Shown: positions 39,015 through 48,715 of the stretch, piece after piece
Numbering within the stretch: position 1 is the stretch's first letter
Layout: the number at the start of each line of letters is the position of its first letter
Assembly: GCA_017549425.1 (NCBI GenBank)
Contig: JAFYUV010000016.1
Span: forward strand, 440-64,439
Direction of reading: 5' to 3'
Length of the DNA: 64,000 nucleotides
DNA from: Clostridia bacterium
GTDB lineage: Bacteria > Bacillota > Clostridia > TANB77 > CAG-465
Made by a program: the position numbers and the translations under genes
The notes under the pieces: model-generated
What the model saw: only the letters and a program-made list of their open reading frames with translations
Databases searched by the model: none
Told to the model about the DNA's origin: nothing

Positions 39015-39581
39015 ATGAACTCTATTTTAGATTCGTTGTCCCTTTACTGCCCTATTTGTGGCTCCGGTCTTTTGACCTCTGGTCATTGTAAAAACAGAGA
39101 TTGTTATTACCTTTTACCTGACACAAACTCCATAGATATTTCTTTTAAAAGCCAAGGTATTGCTAAGGCTTTAAGTAATATCTGCAACTACAAGTTCTCT
39201 TTTGACAACGTTGAATGTCAATCAATGGAATCCTTTATCCAATCTCTGCGCACGCCCGATGTAAATCTTCAAGAAGAAATATGTTCAATGACCGGCTTAT
39301 TTAGCTATAACATTCGGACAATGTTGCCTGATTGGCGCAATAGTCAAAAGGTTTACTGGAGAGGTATAGAAATAGACAGACACAGTGATGAATATTCTAC
39401 ATTGTTGTATAACGCATACTATGAACTATATTCACAGTCTGCTATATTCAAATACGCTTTAGATTTAACTAAAGACAAAGGCTATTCTCTTATACACACC
39501 ATTGGTTGCCACGACAGAACTTTAACCCTGCTTTCTCCTAATGAATTCATTGGTCATTTAAATCATTTAAGAGGTTGTTAA
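39015..39581 (+). CDS. NADAR-superfamily protein (phage T4 gp30.3-like) with N-terminal Cys cluster
   Basis: ALSN..F.FD.V...SMESFIQSL, Q.VYWRG..IDRHS.EY..L..AY, F..AL..T, L.HTIG, TLL...EFI..L..LR; CPIC..C....C at the N-terminus; GGAGG RBS. Confidence 0.75.
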   Translation: MNSILDSLSLYCPICGSGLLTSGHCKNRDCYYLLPDTNSIDISFKSQGIAKALSNICNYKFSFDNVECQSMESFIQSLRTPDVNLQEEICSMTGLFSYNIRTMLPDWRNSQKVYWRGIEIDRHSDEYSTLLYNAYYELYSQSAIFKYALDLTKDKGYSLIHTIGCHDRTLTLLSPNEFIGHLNHLRGC

Positions 39582-39668
39582 CTCGTACAAAGGAACTAGG
39601 TTATCCCTAGTTCCTTTGTTTATTAATTACATTTTAAAAGCCACTAGTTTACTAGTGGCTTTTAGGGG

Positions 39669-40115
39669 TTATTCCTCATCTTCATTTAAAATTTTAAGTT
39701 GTGCTTCAAGCATAGATTGTACTTTAATTTTATATATTTGCATCTGTTTTTTAATTTCTTCTAATTGAAGCTCTTTTTCTCTAATTTTACCTTCATATTC
39801 AGCAATTTTATTTTGGAAACTAATTTCTTGCGACGCTTTTAAATTAGTTGCTTCTTGTAAAGCTACTTCTTTTATTTTATCTGCTTGTTCTTTAGCATTG
39901 CTTATAGTTTGTTCTATTCCCTGTTCTAAAGTTTTATAATATCTAACAGACTCTTGCAAGTTTTCACACTTATCACTTAGTTCTGTGTTATCTTTTGTAA
40001 GTTGCTCATAATCGATTATTAATTTTTCTAAGAATTCTTCAACATCGTTAATATCATATCCACCGATTTTAGCTTTTTTAAAAACTTTGTTTTCTATATC
40101 TTGTGCTGTTATCAT
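39669..40115 (-). CDS. divIVA: DivIVA domain protein
   Basis: MITAQDIENKVFKK..GGYDINDVEEFL, coiled coil. Confidence 0.92.
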   Translation of the reverse strand: MITAQDIENKVFKKAKIGGYDINDVEEFLEKLIIDYEQLTKDNTELSDKCENLQESVRYYKTLEQGIEQTISNAKEQADKIKEVALQEATNLKASQEISFQNKIAEYEGKIREKELQLEEIKKQMQIYKIKVQSMLEAQLKILNEDEE

Positions 40116-40177
40116 AATATATACCTCCTAAACAGCTAAAGTGGCTAAGTTTTAAACTCGCCACTTACTTTTACCAA

Positions 40178-40669
40178 CTACTTCATCCATGTAAATGGAA
40201 GTTTATTTCTGTATTGAGCTCTTTCAATATCATTTTGAATTTCCATAGTTTTTGGTGTAACTAAATATATCAACGAAGATATCTTTTGTACACTTCCATC
40301 CAAAACAAATGTAGCTCCACTAATAAAATCAACTATTCTTCTATGATCTTCTTTGTTAACTGTTTCTAAATTAACTATAACTGACTTTTTGTCTTTTAAA
40401 TGTTCTCCAATTTCTTTGACATCATCAAAACAAAGAGGTTGTGTTATTACCATTTTAGAATTAGTATTATTAGTCATAGGAATTATCTTTGGTTGTTTAG
40501 CTTGAGAAACTTCTTCTTTTTTTTCTAAATTTCTACGTCCAAAGTATCCTGCTCTTGCAGGTTTCTCAATCTCTACAACTTCTTCTTCAAACTCGTTTTC
40601 AAATTCTTCTTCCTCATCGTAATCGCTTGTCCCAATACCCAGTAGTCCCATGCACTTATCTAATATCAT
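40178..40669 (-). CDS. sepF: Cell division protein SepF
   Basis: P..FDD..IGEHLK..VIVNL, RRIVDFISGATF.LDG. Confidence 0.95.
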   Translation of the reverse strand: MILDKCMGLLGIGTSDYDEEEEFENEFEEEVVEIEKPARAGYFGRRNLEKKEEVSQAKQPKIIPMTNNTNSKMVITQPLCFDDVKEIGEHLKDKKSVIVNLETVNKEDHRRIVDFISGATFVLDGSVQKISSLIYLVTPKTMEIQNDIERAQYRNKLPFTWMK

Positions 40670-40756
40670 GGTCAGTCCTCCTATACTCTCTTACAACGAT
40701 ATAATACTATATCACTTATATAAATTCAAGTATTTTTTGTAATTTTTTAATATTTT

Positions 40757-41182
40757 TTAATAACCGTAATATGTTGTCCCTCTATATGTTCTACCTTTTA
40801 AATAATAAACATTATTAGTTTCTTCACTTACTACAAAAATGTTTTCATCAGAAGTGTCTCCATCACCAATATTTATAACTATATCTAGTTTATCTAAATC
40901 TACAACATATAATTTACTGTCCTCATCACCATTTACTGTCAATTCATTTATAAAATCATCACCAAACCCATTTTTAGATACCACTTCGCCTGTTATAGGT
41001 AATTCTTTATTAGTCTTAACATATTCTAAAACTATGTCTGAAACTCTTTTTAATTTGCTTTTGTATTCTTCAAAATTTGCAGTATCTATGCTTCTAGTTC
41101 CAACAACACTTACTGTTGTTACTATTATTAACATAATAGCAACTGTAACAGATAAGACAGTAATCGTTATACCTTTTTTCAT
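40757..41182 (-). CDS. Type IV pilin-like protein
   Basis: MKKG|ITITVLSVTVAIMLII class III-like prepilin leader followed by an amphipathic helix. Confidence 0.6.
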   Translation of the reverse strand: MKKGITITVLSVTVAIMLIIVTTVSVVGTRSIDTANFEEYKSKLKRVSDIVLEYVKTNKELPITGEVVSKNGFGDDFINELTVNGDEDSKLYVVDLDKLDIVINIGDGDTSDENIFVVSEETNNVYYLKGRTYRGTTYYGY

Positions 41183-41194
41183 ATAAACTTCCTC

Positions 41195-42415
41195 CTAGTT
41201 TTTTACAACTACATTATCATACAGTTTTAGAATGTATTCTCTTTGTATATTTAATTCTTCTAACTCTGAACTTTCATAATTTTCTACAACTGAATTCCTA
41301 TCGTTTTGCTTGTATACTTTTATTGGAATCTCTACGTATTTGCCATATTTAATCACACTTACATATTTTATTCCATCTTGTTCAAATATCGCTTCATTTG
41401 GTACATACATTCCTTTTGCAGACCACCATATAATCTCTATCTCAACTTCTCTTAATGTAGCTATATTTTCAATCTGATTTTGTATTTGAAAAGTCAAATC
41501 AACAGTATTTTCTTCGTTATTTATATTATAGCTTACAAGTTTAGCTTTTAATTCATAAGTTGTATCTCCTACTATTCTTATTTTATAGGTTTTATTTGGA
41601 GTAATATATTCTCTATCTGCAATATCCACTTTAGTCATTATATAACAGCAAAAATTATCTATTATTTTAATATCACTACTTATGTGTTTTTTAGAAATAT
41701 TCTCTCTAACAAAATTATAATCTAATGAAGTAATCTTGTCTGCTTTTAGGACCGCTTCTAACCCATCCGTTTTATATGAAACAATACCCGAATCAGTAGC
41801 TATTATATTGTCATTAGAACTTTTCATTGTTGTTTCATATTCATTCCTTTTATCAATTAGTTCTTTTATAGCTGAGCCCTCAGGCGCCAACTGACCAACT
41901 ATAACTGCTCTTTTATTAACCAAACCGTTTATAGTATTTATATAATCTTGCATTTCTACATAAGAAGTTTCTCCTACTGCTTTTTTTAATTCGCTTCTAA
42001 TTTGGTTTTCCATAGACTCAATCTCTCCAGAATAAACCGGCGGCAAATCTTTCATCAAACCCAAAATTTCGTTATCCATTCTTTCTAATTCAGCTAGATA
42101 AAAATCATATTCTGCGCTTTTATATGTTGCTATTATACTTTTATTAGATACTCGGTGTCCTTCAGCCACAACAGGAATTAAACTTTTATTCTTATCTCTT
42201 TCTATTATAGTTTCATTTTTTATAACATAGGCTGTTGCTAATTGAGTAAATTCTAATTCATCAGATTTCACTAAGTGTTTTTGCTCGCCTATGCTAAATA
42301 AACTTGCGCCTAAAAGCAATAATCCCCCTATAATTACAATTCCACCAAAAAAGTACACATATTTCATATGTTTCTTTTCTATACCTAAATCAAACTTTTT
42401 TAATTTAATTTTCAT
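41195..42415 (-). CDS. HlyD-like membrane-fusion/adaptor family protein
   Basis: N-terminal TM, VAEGHRV, coiled coil, SGIVSYKTDGLE, GMYVPNEAI; typical clostridial gene upstream of the sepF cluster. Confidence 0.75.
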   Translation of the reverse strand: MKIKLKKFDLGIEKKHMKYVYFFGGIVIIGGLLLLGASLFSIGEQKHLVKSDELEFTQLATAYVIKNETIIERDKNKSLIPVVAEGHRVSNKSIIATYKSAEYDFYLAELERMDNEILGLMKDLPPVYSGEIESMENQIRSELKKAVGETSYVEMQDYINTINGLVNKRAVIVGQLAPEGSAIKELIDKRNEYETTMKSSNDNIIATDSGIVSYKTDGLEAVLKADKITSLDYNFVRENISKKHISSDIKIIDNFCCYIMTKVDIADREYITPNKTYKIRIVGDTTYELKAKLVSYNINNEENTVDLTFQIQNQIENIATLREVEIEIIWWSAKGMYVPNEAIFEQDGIKYVSVIKYGKYVEIPIKVYKQNDRNSVVENYESSELEELNIQREYILKLYDNVVVKN

Positions 42416-43343
42416 AAAACTCCTTTAAAATTTTATTTACTAGTTCCCCTTTAGACTTAGTTCCGTCTATACTGCATTTGTTTTTAAATTTCTTAAACCA
42501 CGTTATTTGTCTTTTCGCGTAATGCCTAGTATTTATTTTTAATAATTCTACACATTCCTCTAATGGTTTAAGTCCAGCAAAGAAATCAAAAAACTCTTTA
42601 TAACCAATAGCTTGGTAAACTGTCGTATTTCCTTTTTCCTTTTTATCATAAAGCATTTTTGCTTCCTCTAATACTCCCGCTTCAACCATGCCATCTACTC
42701 TTTTATTTATTCTATCATATAATAAATCTCTTGGCATATCAATATAAAATACAGAAAAGTTATATTTACTACCATTATCTTCCCACAGGCTATTGTTATT
42801 TTCGCTTTGAGTTTTACTAGTTCCAAGTAAATAAAGTTCAATTGCTCTTAACACTCTTCTTCTATTATTAAAATCTACTTTTTGAGCGCTATCACTATCT
42901 ATGCTTTTTAAATATTCATAAAGTTCTTCCGTAGTTTTATCTAAAGATAATTTTTCAAGTTGATCTTTAACTTCTAACTCTTTTTCTTTTTCTACATTTT
43001 CAAATTTAATATTATTTACTACCGCATTAATATATAGTCCTGTTCCTCCAACAACAATTGGAGTTTTACCCTCTTGTAATATTTCATCTATTTTTTGATA
43101 ACACAACTCTTTATACTTAGAAACGTCAAAGTTGTCTTCAATATTACAAATATCTATTAACTCATGTTTTATACCTTGAGCTTCTTCTTTTGTGACCTTT
43201 GCTGTTCCTACATCTAACTTTTTATATATTTGCATAGAATCCGCAGATATAACTACAGACTCTATTTTCTTAGCTAATTCTATCGCAAGACCACTCTTCC
43301 CAGAAGCTGTAGGACCTACAATAACAATAACTTTATTATTCAT
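42405..43343 (-). CDS. miaA: tRNA dimethylallyltransferase
   Basis: GPTASGKS, SADSMQIYK..DVGTAK, VGGTGLY, TRHYAKRQITWF. Confidence 0.97.
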   Translation of the reverse strand: MNNKVIVIVGPTASGKSGLAIELAKKIESVVISADSMQIYKKLDVGTAKVTKEEAQGIKHELIDICNIEDNFDVSKYKELCYQKIDEILQEGKTPIVVGGTGLYINAVVNNIKFENVEKEKELEVKDQLEKLSLDKTTEELYEYLKSIDSDSAQKVDFNNRRRVLRAIELYLLGTSKTQSENNNSLWEDNGSKYNFSVFYIDMPRDLLYDRINKRVDGMVEAGVLEEAKMLYDKKEKGNTTVYQAIGYKEFFDFFAGLKPLEECVELLKINTRHYAKRQITWFKKFKNKCSIDGTKSKGELVNKILKEFYEN

Positions 43344-43346
43344 ACT

Positions 43347-45188
43347 TTACTTCCTTGCAAAACGCCTTTCTATTTCATATTTAGATATTTCATAAGCTGT
43401 AGGTCTACCATGCGGACAGGTAAACGGCCTATCTAACTTCATCATATCATCTAAAAGTGCAATATGTTCTTGTTCTGTTAACTTCATATTAGCTTTTACT
43501 GCCGCTTTACAAGCCATAGTATATACAAATCTTTTTTCTTTTTCCTCTGTTGTAGTCTTACTACTTCCTGAAAGCTCGTCTAAAATATCCTTAAACATCT
43601 CTTCAAAATTCATATTAAATCCAACATTTGGGGCTCCAGATATCTTTATTGCATTATCTCCAAAATCTTCTATTACAAAGCCAGCCTTTTCAAACATATC
43701 TATGTTTTGTTGCATCAATTCCTTCTCACTATTTTTCAATTCAACTATTGTAGGAATTAATAACATTTGTGTTTGTTTTTCCTTCGAATAATACCTTTCC
43801 TTTATCTGTTCATACAACAATCTCTCATGAGCTGCATGCTGATCTATAATATACATTTTATCATTAATTTGAATTAATATATAAGTATCAAATACGCAGC
43901 CTACATATTTATACTTTACTTTCGTTTCATAAGCTTCTATCTCTTTCTTTATTTCTTCCTTGGTGTATTCATTTTCTTCAAGAGTTTGAGATATTTTTTC
44001 ACTTACTAAATCTTTTATTTCTATTTCAGATTCTTGTGCTGTATAATAAATTGGTGAAAAAGTAGTGACTTTTTGAACTTCTGTATTTGTGTTATCCACA
44101 ATCGGAATTGTTTTTTCTTCTGAGATATGCACAGTTTCCACTATTTCTTTTTCTTCTATAATATCTTGCTCCTGATTTACAAAAGGGCTGTTTTTTCTAT
44201 GGTATTCTAATATAGCATTTTTTACAGCATAATATACTGCTTCAAAAACTTTGTTTTCATTTTCAAATTTTACTTCTAATTTTGCTGGATGAACATTAAC
44301 ATCAACCTGATTTGGTTGTATTTCTATGTTTATCACCACAAACGGGAATTTCCCAATATTTAAGTTTTGGTCAAAGGCTTTCTCTATAGCTGATGTAACT
44401 GTTTTATCTTTTATAAACCTAGTGTTAATATATGTAAATTCATATTGTCTTGTTGAACGAGAAATTTTTGGACTGCCGATAACCCCAGTAACGCCTATAC
44501 CGTCTTGTTCATAAGAGACTTGTTGCAATTCCTGGGAAATTTCTTTTCCAAATATGCTATATATAGCAGCAGAAATGTCTCCATTACCAATTGTGTTTAT
44601 AACTCTTTTTCCGTTAGAAATAAATTTAAAGCTCACATCGGGATGTGACAAAGCAATTCTTGTAATTACATCTTCTATATACCCAGCTTCTGTCGCATCT
44701 TTTTTCAAGAACTTAAATCTTGCTGGTACATTGAAAAATACATTTTCAACAGTAATACTAGTCCCTTCATTCCATGCAATTTCATCAAATTCTTTCTCAA
44801 TTCCACCCTCAATAACATATTTAGTTCCAGTATATTCATTTTTTGTTTTCGTTTTCAATGTAACTTTAGCAATACTAGCTACAGAGGCCAAAGCTTCACC
44901 TCTAAATCCCATAGACCTAATATTTAAAATATCCACTTCTTTTCTTATTTTACTTGTGGCGTGGCGTTCAAACGCCAAAGCGATATCGTCTTTAGCTATA
45001 CCATGACCATTATCCGTTATATTTATATAACTAATGCCTCCATTTTTAATTTCTACACTAATGCTTGTTGCTCCTGCATCTATTGAATTTTCTACTAATT
45101 CTTTTACTATAGAAGCTGGTCTATCTACAACCTCTCCAGCCGCAATCTTATTTATAGTAGCTTCATCTAATATTGCTATTTTACCCAT
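43347..45188 (-). CDS. mutL: DNA mismatch repair protein MutL
   Basis: IAAGEVV..PASIVKELVENS, GFRGEALAS, DQHAAHER, CPHGRP. Confidence 0.98.
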   Translation of the reverse strand: MGKIAILDEATINKIAAGEVVDRPASIVKELVENSIDAGATSISVEIKNGGISYINITDNGHGIAKDDIALAFERHATSKIRKEVDILNIRSMGFRGEALASVASIAKVTLKTKTKNEYTGTKYVIEGGIEKEFDEIAWNEGTSITVENVFFNVPARFKFLKKDATEAGYIEDVITRIALSHPDVSFKFISNGKRVINTIGNGDISAAIYSIFGKEISQELQQVSYEQDGIGVTGVIGSPKISRSTRQYEFTYINTRFIKDKTVTSAIEKAFDQNLNIGKFPFVVINIEIQPNQVDVNVHPAKLEVKFENENKVFEAVYYAVKNAILEYHRKNSPFVNQEQDIIEEKEIVETVHISEEKTIPIVDNTNTEVQKVTTFSPIYYTAQESEIEIKDLVSEKISQTLEENEYTKEEIKKEIEAYETKVKYKYVGCVFDTYILIQINDKMYIIDQHAAHERLLYEQIKERYYSKEKQTQMLLIPTIVELKNSEKELMQQNIDMFEKAGFVIEDFGDNAIKISGAPNVGFNMNFEEMFKDILDELSGSSKTTTEEKEKRFVYTMACKAAVKANMKLTEQEHIALLDDMMKLDRPFTCPHGRPTAYEISKYEIERRFARK

Positions 45189-45189
45189 A

Positions 45190-45813
45190 TTATTCCCCTA
45201 ACAATTCCAATATTTTGGCTTCTGTAAGCCTTTGCGCTATTTTCAAATATTCGTCCATAACTTCTTTTGTAAGAAATGTGTTTGAAGCAATTCCCAAATT
45301 TATTGTACAATCTGTACTTTTAGAGAATACTTTTATTTGATTTTCGTCAGGCATTAAACTGACAATACCTTCCTTCATCTTTTCAAAATCGATATTATTA
45401 TCTATAAGATATTTGTTACTATTAGAATAATCAAAATATATATTATTTCTATACTCCTCTATACTATGAATAGTTCCATCTTTAAGATATTTAATTTCCT
45501 CATTTGATACTTTTTTAGTAAATTTTGGTATATATTCACTAAACCATATATAATCTTCTATTAGGTGTGCTATATACCCAAGTTTTATTTCCTTATCTCC
45601 TATGTCTAACTCAGCAATTGCCTTTTCTATCTGTGGTAACTTTCTTAACTGGCCCTCAACTATACTTTCTTTTAAAAAGTGAGTTCCTTCTCTATCGCCA
45701 GTAATTTCTTTTATAATATCAGGCAATACACTTCCATATAGAAACTTATCTGTTAAATTTAAATTTTCTTTTATTTTGTTGGATATGCATAAATGCATTA
45801 CATATGAACTCAT
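45190..45813 (-). CDS. Zn-dependent phospholipase C-like (metallohydrolase) protein
   Basis: MH, YGSVLPD, THF, LGYIAHLIED metal-ligand pattern. Confidence 0.6.
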   Translation of the reverse strand: MSSYVMHLCISNKIKENLNLTDKFLYGSVLPDIIKEITGDREGTHFLKESIVEGQLRKLPQIEKAIAELDIGDKEIKLGYIAHLIEDYIWFSEYIPKFTKKVSNEEIKYLKDGTIHSIEEYRNNIYFDYSNSNKYLIDNNIDFEKMKEGIVSLMPDENQIKVFSKSTDCTINLGIASNTFLTKEVMDEYLKIAQRLTEAKILELLGE

Positions 45814-45840
45814 CTTTATCCTATCTCCATAATTTCTAAA

Positions 45841-48432
45841 TTATTGTATCTTTTCTTTTAATTTATACAATGTATCTAACGCTTCTTTTGCAGTTAATTC
45901 ATCTAGACTCATTTTATCTAATATTCTACCAACTTCTGCAAGCTTGTAATTGAACATATCTACTTGCATAGAATTAGTTATAACCTGAGTGGTATTTTTC
46001 TTTGCATTTTTTACAGTACTTTCTTCTTCTAACTTATTTAAAATAGCTTTTGCTCTATTTACTATATTGTTTGAAATACCAGCAAGTCTTGCAACATATA
46101 TACCATAAGAACCATCTGCAGGTCCTTCAATTATTTTCCTTAAGAAAATAACATCATCGCCTTTTTCTTTAACTTCAACAGAAAAATTCTTTATGCCTTC
46201 AATTTCTTGTTCAAGATCTGTAAGTTCGTGATAGTGTGTGGCAAATAGCGTTTTCGCTCCTAATTTTTCCTTATTTACAATATGCTCTACTGTAGCCCAC
46301 GCTATAGCCATACCATCATAAGTAGAAGTGCCTCTTCCTATTTCATCTAATATAACTAATGATTTAGATGTAGCATTTTCTAAAATATTAGCAAGTTCAC
46401 TCATTTCCACCATAAAAGTAGACTCACCGCTAGCCAAATCATCACTGGCCCCGACCCTCGTAAATATTCTGTCTACTATACCTATAGAGGCTTGTTTTGC
46501 TGGAACAAAGCTGCCTATTTGAGCCATATAAGTAATTAAAGCTACTTGCCTCATATATGTAGATTTTCCTGCCATATTAGGTCCTGTTATAATATGGAAT
46601 CTATTACCTTCACAGTTTAAGTATGTAGAATTAGGTATAAAAATAACATTTGCATTTTTCTCTACGACAGGATGCCTTCCTTCAATAATTTCTAATTTGT
46701 CATCTAATGTAATATTAGGTTTTACATAGTTATTATCTTGAGCAACCGTAGCAAAACTACATAATGTATCTAATATAGCTATAGCGTCTGCTGTTGTTTG
46801 TATTCTTACAACTTCCCTAGAAATTCTTTCTCTTATCTGTGTAAATAATTTATATTCCAAATCCACCAATTTGTCTTCGCTTCCAAGAATCTTGTCCTCT
46901 ATTTCTTTAAGCTCTGGCGTAATAAATCTTTCTTTATCTGCTAATGTTTGTTTCCTTATATATCTTCCTTCTGGTATATCTTTATAATTTGATTTTGTTA
47001 TTTCAATATAATATCCAAAAACTCTATTATATCCAATTTTTAAACCTTTAATACCCGTCTCTTCTCTCTCTTTTGCTTCTAAGGTCATAATCCAATTTTT
47101 ACCGTCTTTGCTTGCCATACGCAAAGCATCAACCTCTTCGTTGTATCCTTTTTTTATAATTCCGCCTTCCTTTATTACTAAAGGTGGTTCTTCTTCTATA
47201 GCATTTTCAATTATATTAAAAATATCTTCTAGACTATCTATGTTTTCTTCCAGTTTCCTTAATAACTTAACTTTTTGTTCTGAATTTTTTTGAACTAATT
47301 CTTTTAGAGCCTTTTTAATATTAGGAAATACAGCAAAAGAATTTTTCAAACAAATTAAATCTCTCCCATTACAATTCCCATTAGTTAATTTGGTTACTAT
47401 TCTTTTTGTATCTCTTACATTTCTTAGAAGTTCAATTAGTTCATCTTTTACAAACATATTGTTTACTAATATTTCAACACTTTCTAATCTTTCATCTATT
47501 TCCTTTTTATTAAGCAATGGATTCTCAACCCATGTCCTTAACTTTCTTGCCCCCATAGCAGTAACAGTTTTATCTAAAACCCACAACAAACTTCCTTTTT
47601 TAGTTTTCTCTCTATTTGATTCTGTTATCTCTAGATTTCTTCTTGTATTTATATCTAATCTCATGGAGCCTTCAATATCATATCTTATGACATTATTTAT
47701 TTGAGCTACGGAATTTTTTTGAGTTTCAAAGATATAATTTAAAAGTAACACTATACTTTTATGTTCTGCAATATTTATTTTTTCTTTTATTACATTTAAA
47801 TCTTGAACCGTTTGTTCATCTTGATTAGTATATCTAGAAACATATATTTTATCCCTTTTTATAACATTCTCTATTATATACCTATCGCTAAGCATATTAT
47901 CTTCCAAAACCAATTCTTTAGGTTTTAACTTCAATACTTCATCAATCAACTTATATGGGGCATTTAAATCTTCGCTGCTAGTTACAAAGCACTCACCAGT
48001 GGATATATCAGCATAAGACAAAGCATATGTTCTTCCTATAACATACATGTTAGCAATATAGTTATTTTGTTTTTCATCTAGCAAATCATTTGATGTAATT
48101 GTGCCTGGCGTTACAATTTTTACTATATCTCTTTTAACCAAACCTTTTGCTTGAGACGCGTCTTCTATCTGTTCACATATAGCCACTTTATATCCCTTTT
48201 CTACAAGTTTTGCTATATAAATGTCTGCGCTATGAAAAGGTATTCCGCACATAGGAGCTCTTTCTTCTAAACCGCATTCTTTACCAGTTAGTGTTAAATC
48301 TAATTCTCTACTGCAAAGTTCTGCTTGTTCAAAGAACATCTCATAAAAATCCCCTAATCTAAAAAACAAGATGCTATCTGGATACCTTTCTCTTATATCC
48401 ATATACTGCTGCATCATTGGTGACAAAGCCAT
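45841..48432 (-). CDS. mutS: DNA mismatch repair protein MutS
   Basis: SPMMQQY, FRLGDFYEMF, TGPNMAGKSTYMRQ, DEIGRGTST. Confidence 0.98.
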   Translation of the reverse strand: MALSPMMQQYMDIRERYPDSILFFRLGDFYEMFFEQAELCSRELDLTLTGKECGLEERAPMCGIPFHSADIYIAKLVEKGYKVAICEQIEDASQAKGLVKRDIVKIVTPGTITSNDLLDEKQNNYIANMYVIGRTYALSYADISTGECFVTSSEDLNAPYKLIDEVLKLKPKELVLEDNMLSDRYIIENVIKRDKIYVSRYTNQDEQTVQDLNVIKEKINIAEHKSIVLLLNYIFETQKNSVAQINNVIRYDIEGSMRLDINTRRNLEITESNREKTKKGSLLWVLDKTVTAMGARKLRTWVENPLLNKKEIDERLESVEILVNNMFVKDELIELLRNVRDTKRIVTKLTNGNCNGRDLICLKNSFAVFPNIKKALKELVQKNSEQKVKLLRKLEENIDSLEDIFNIIENAIEEEPPLVIKEGGIIKKGYNEEVDALRMASKDGKNWIMTLEAKEREETGIKGLKIGYNRVFGYYIEITKSNYKDIPEGRYIRKQTLADKERFITPELKEIEDKILGSEDKLVDLEYKLFTQIRERISREVVRIQTTADAIAILDTLCSFATVAQDNNYVKPNITLDDKLEIIEGRHPVVEKNANVIFIPNSTYLNCEGNRFHIITGPNMAGKSTYMRQVALITYMAQIGSFVPAKQASIGIVDRIFTRVGASDDLASGESTFMVEMSELANILENATSKSLVILDEIGRGTSTYDGMAIAWATVEHIVNKEKLGAKTLFATHYHELTDLEQEIEGIKNFSVEVKEKGDDVIFLRKIIEGPADGSYGIYVARLAGISNNIVNRAKAILNKLEEESTVKNAKKNTTQVITNSMQVDMFNYKLAEVGRILDKMSLDELTAKEALDTLYKLKEKIQ

Positions 48433-48715
48433 ATATTTACCCCCTAAAAATTTTGTTAAATTATATCACGATTTTTAGACAAAAACAACAATTTTTCCCG
48501 CATAAAAAACTAACATAACAGTATAATTTTCTATTTTATTTTTATCAATTATATACTTCATTTTATTAGGGTTGTTTCCTAAAATTGATTGTGAAATTTA
48601 TGATTGGAAGAAGTTATACTTCAAACTCAAAATTTTGGTAATTTTGCTGGATGAATTATTAGCATGATGTCTAGTAAATAAAATAAAATCCCAACAAAAT
48701 TGTTGGGATTTTATT

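Noticed and set aside
48433-48715. Possible sRNA or peptide in the mutS-prfA gap (MIGRSYTSNSKFW; small TAGGG/CCTA hairpin)
   Set aside because: No RBS and weak structure; the region is explained by the mutS promoter and the prfA terminator.
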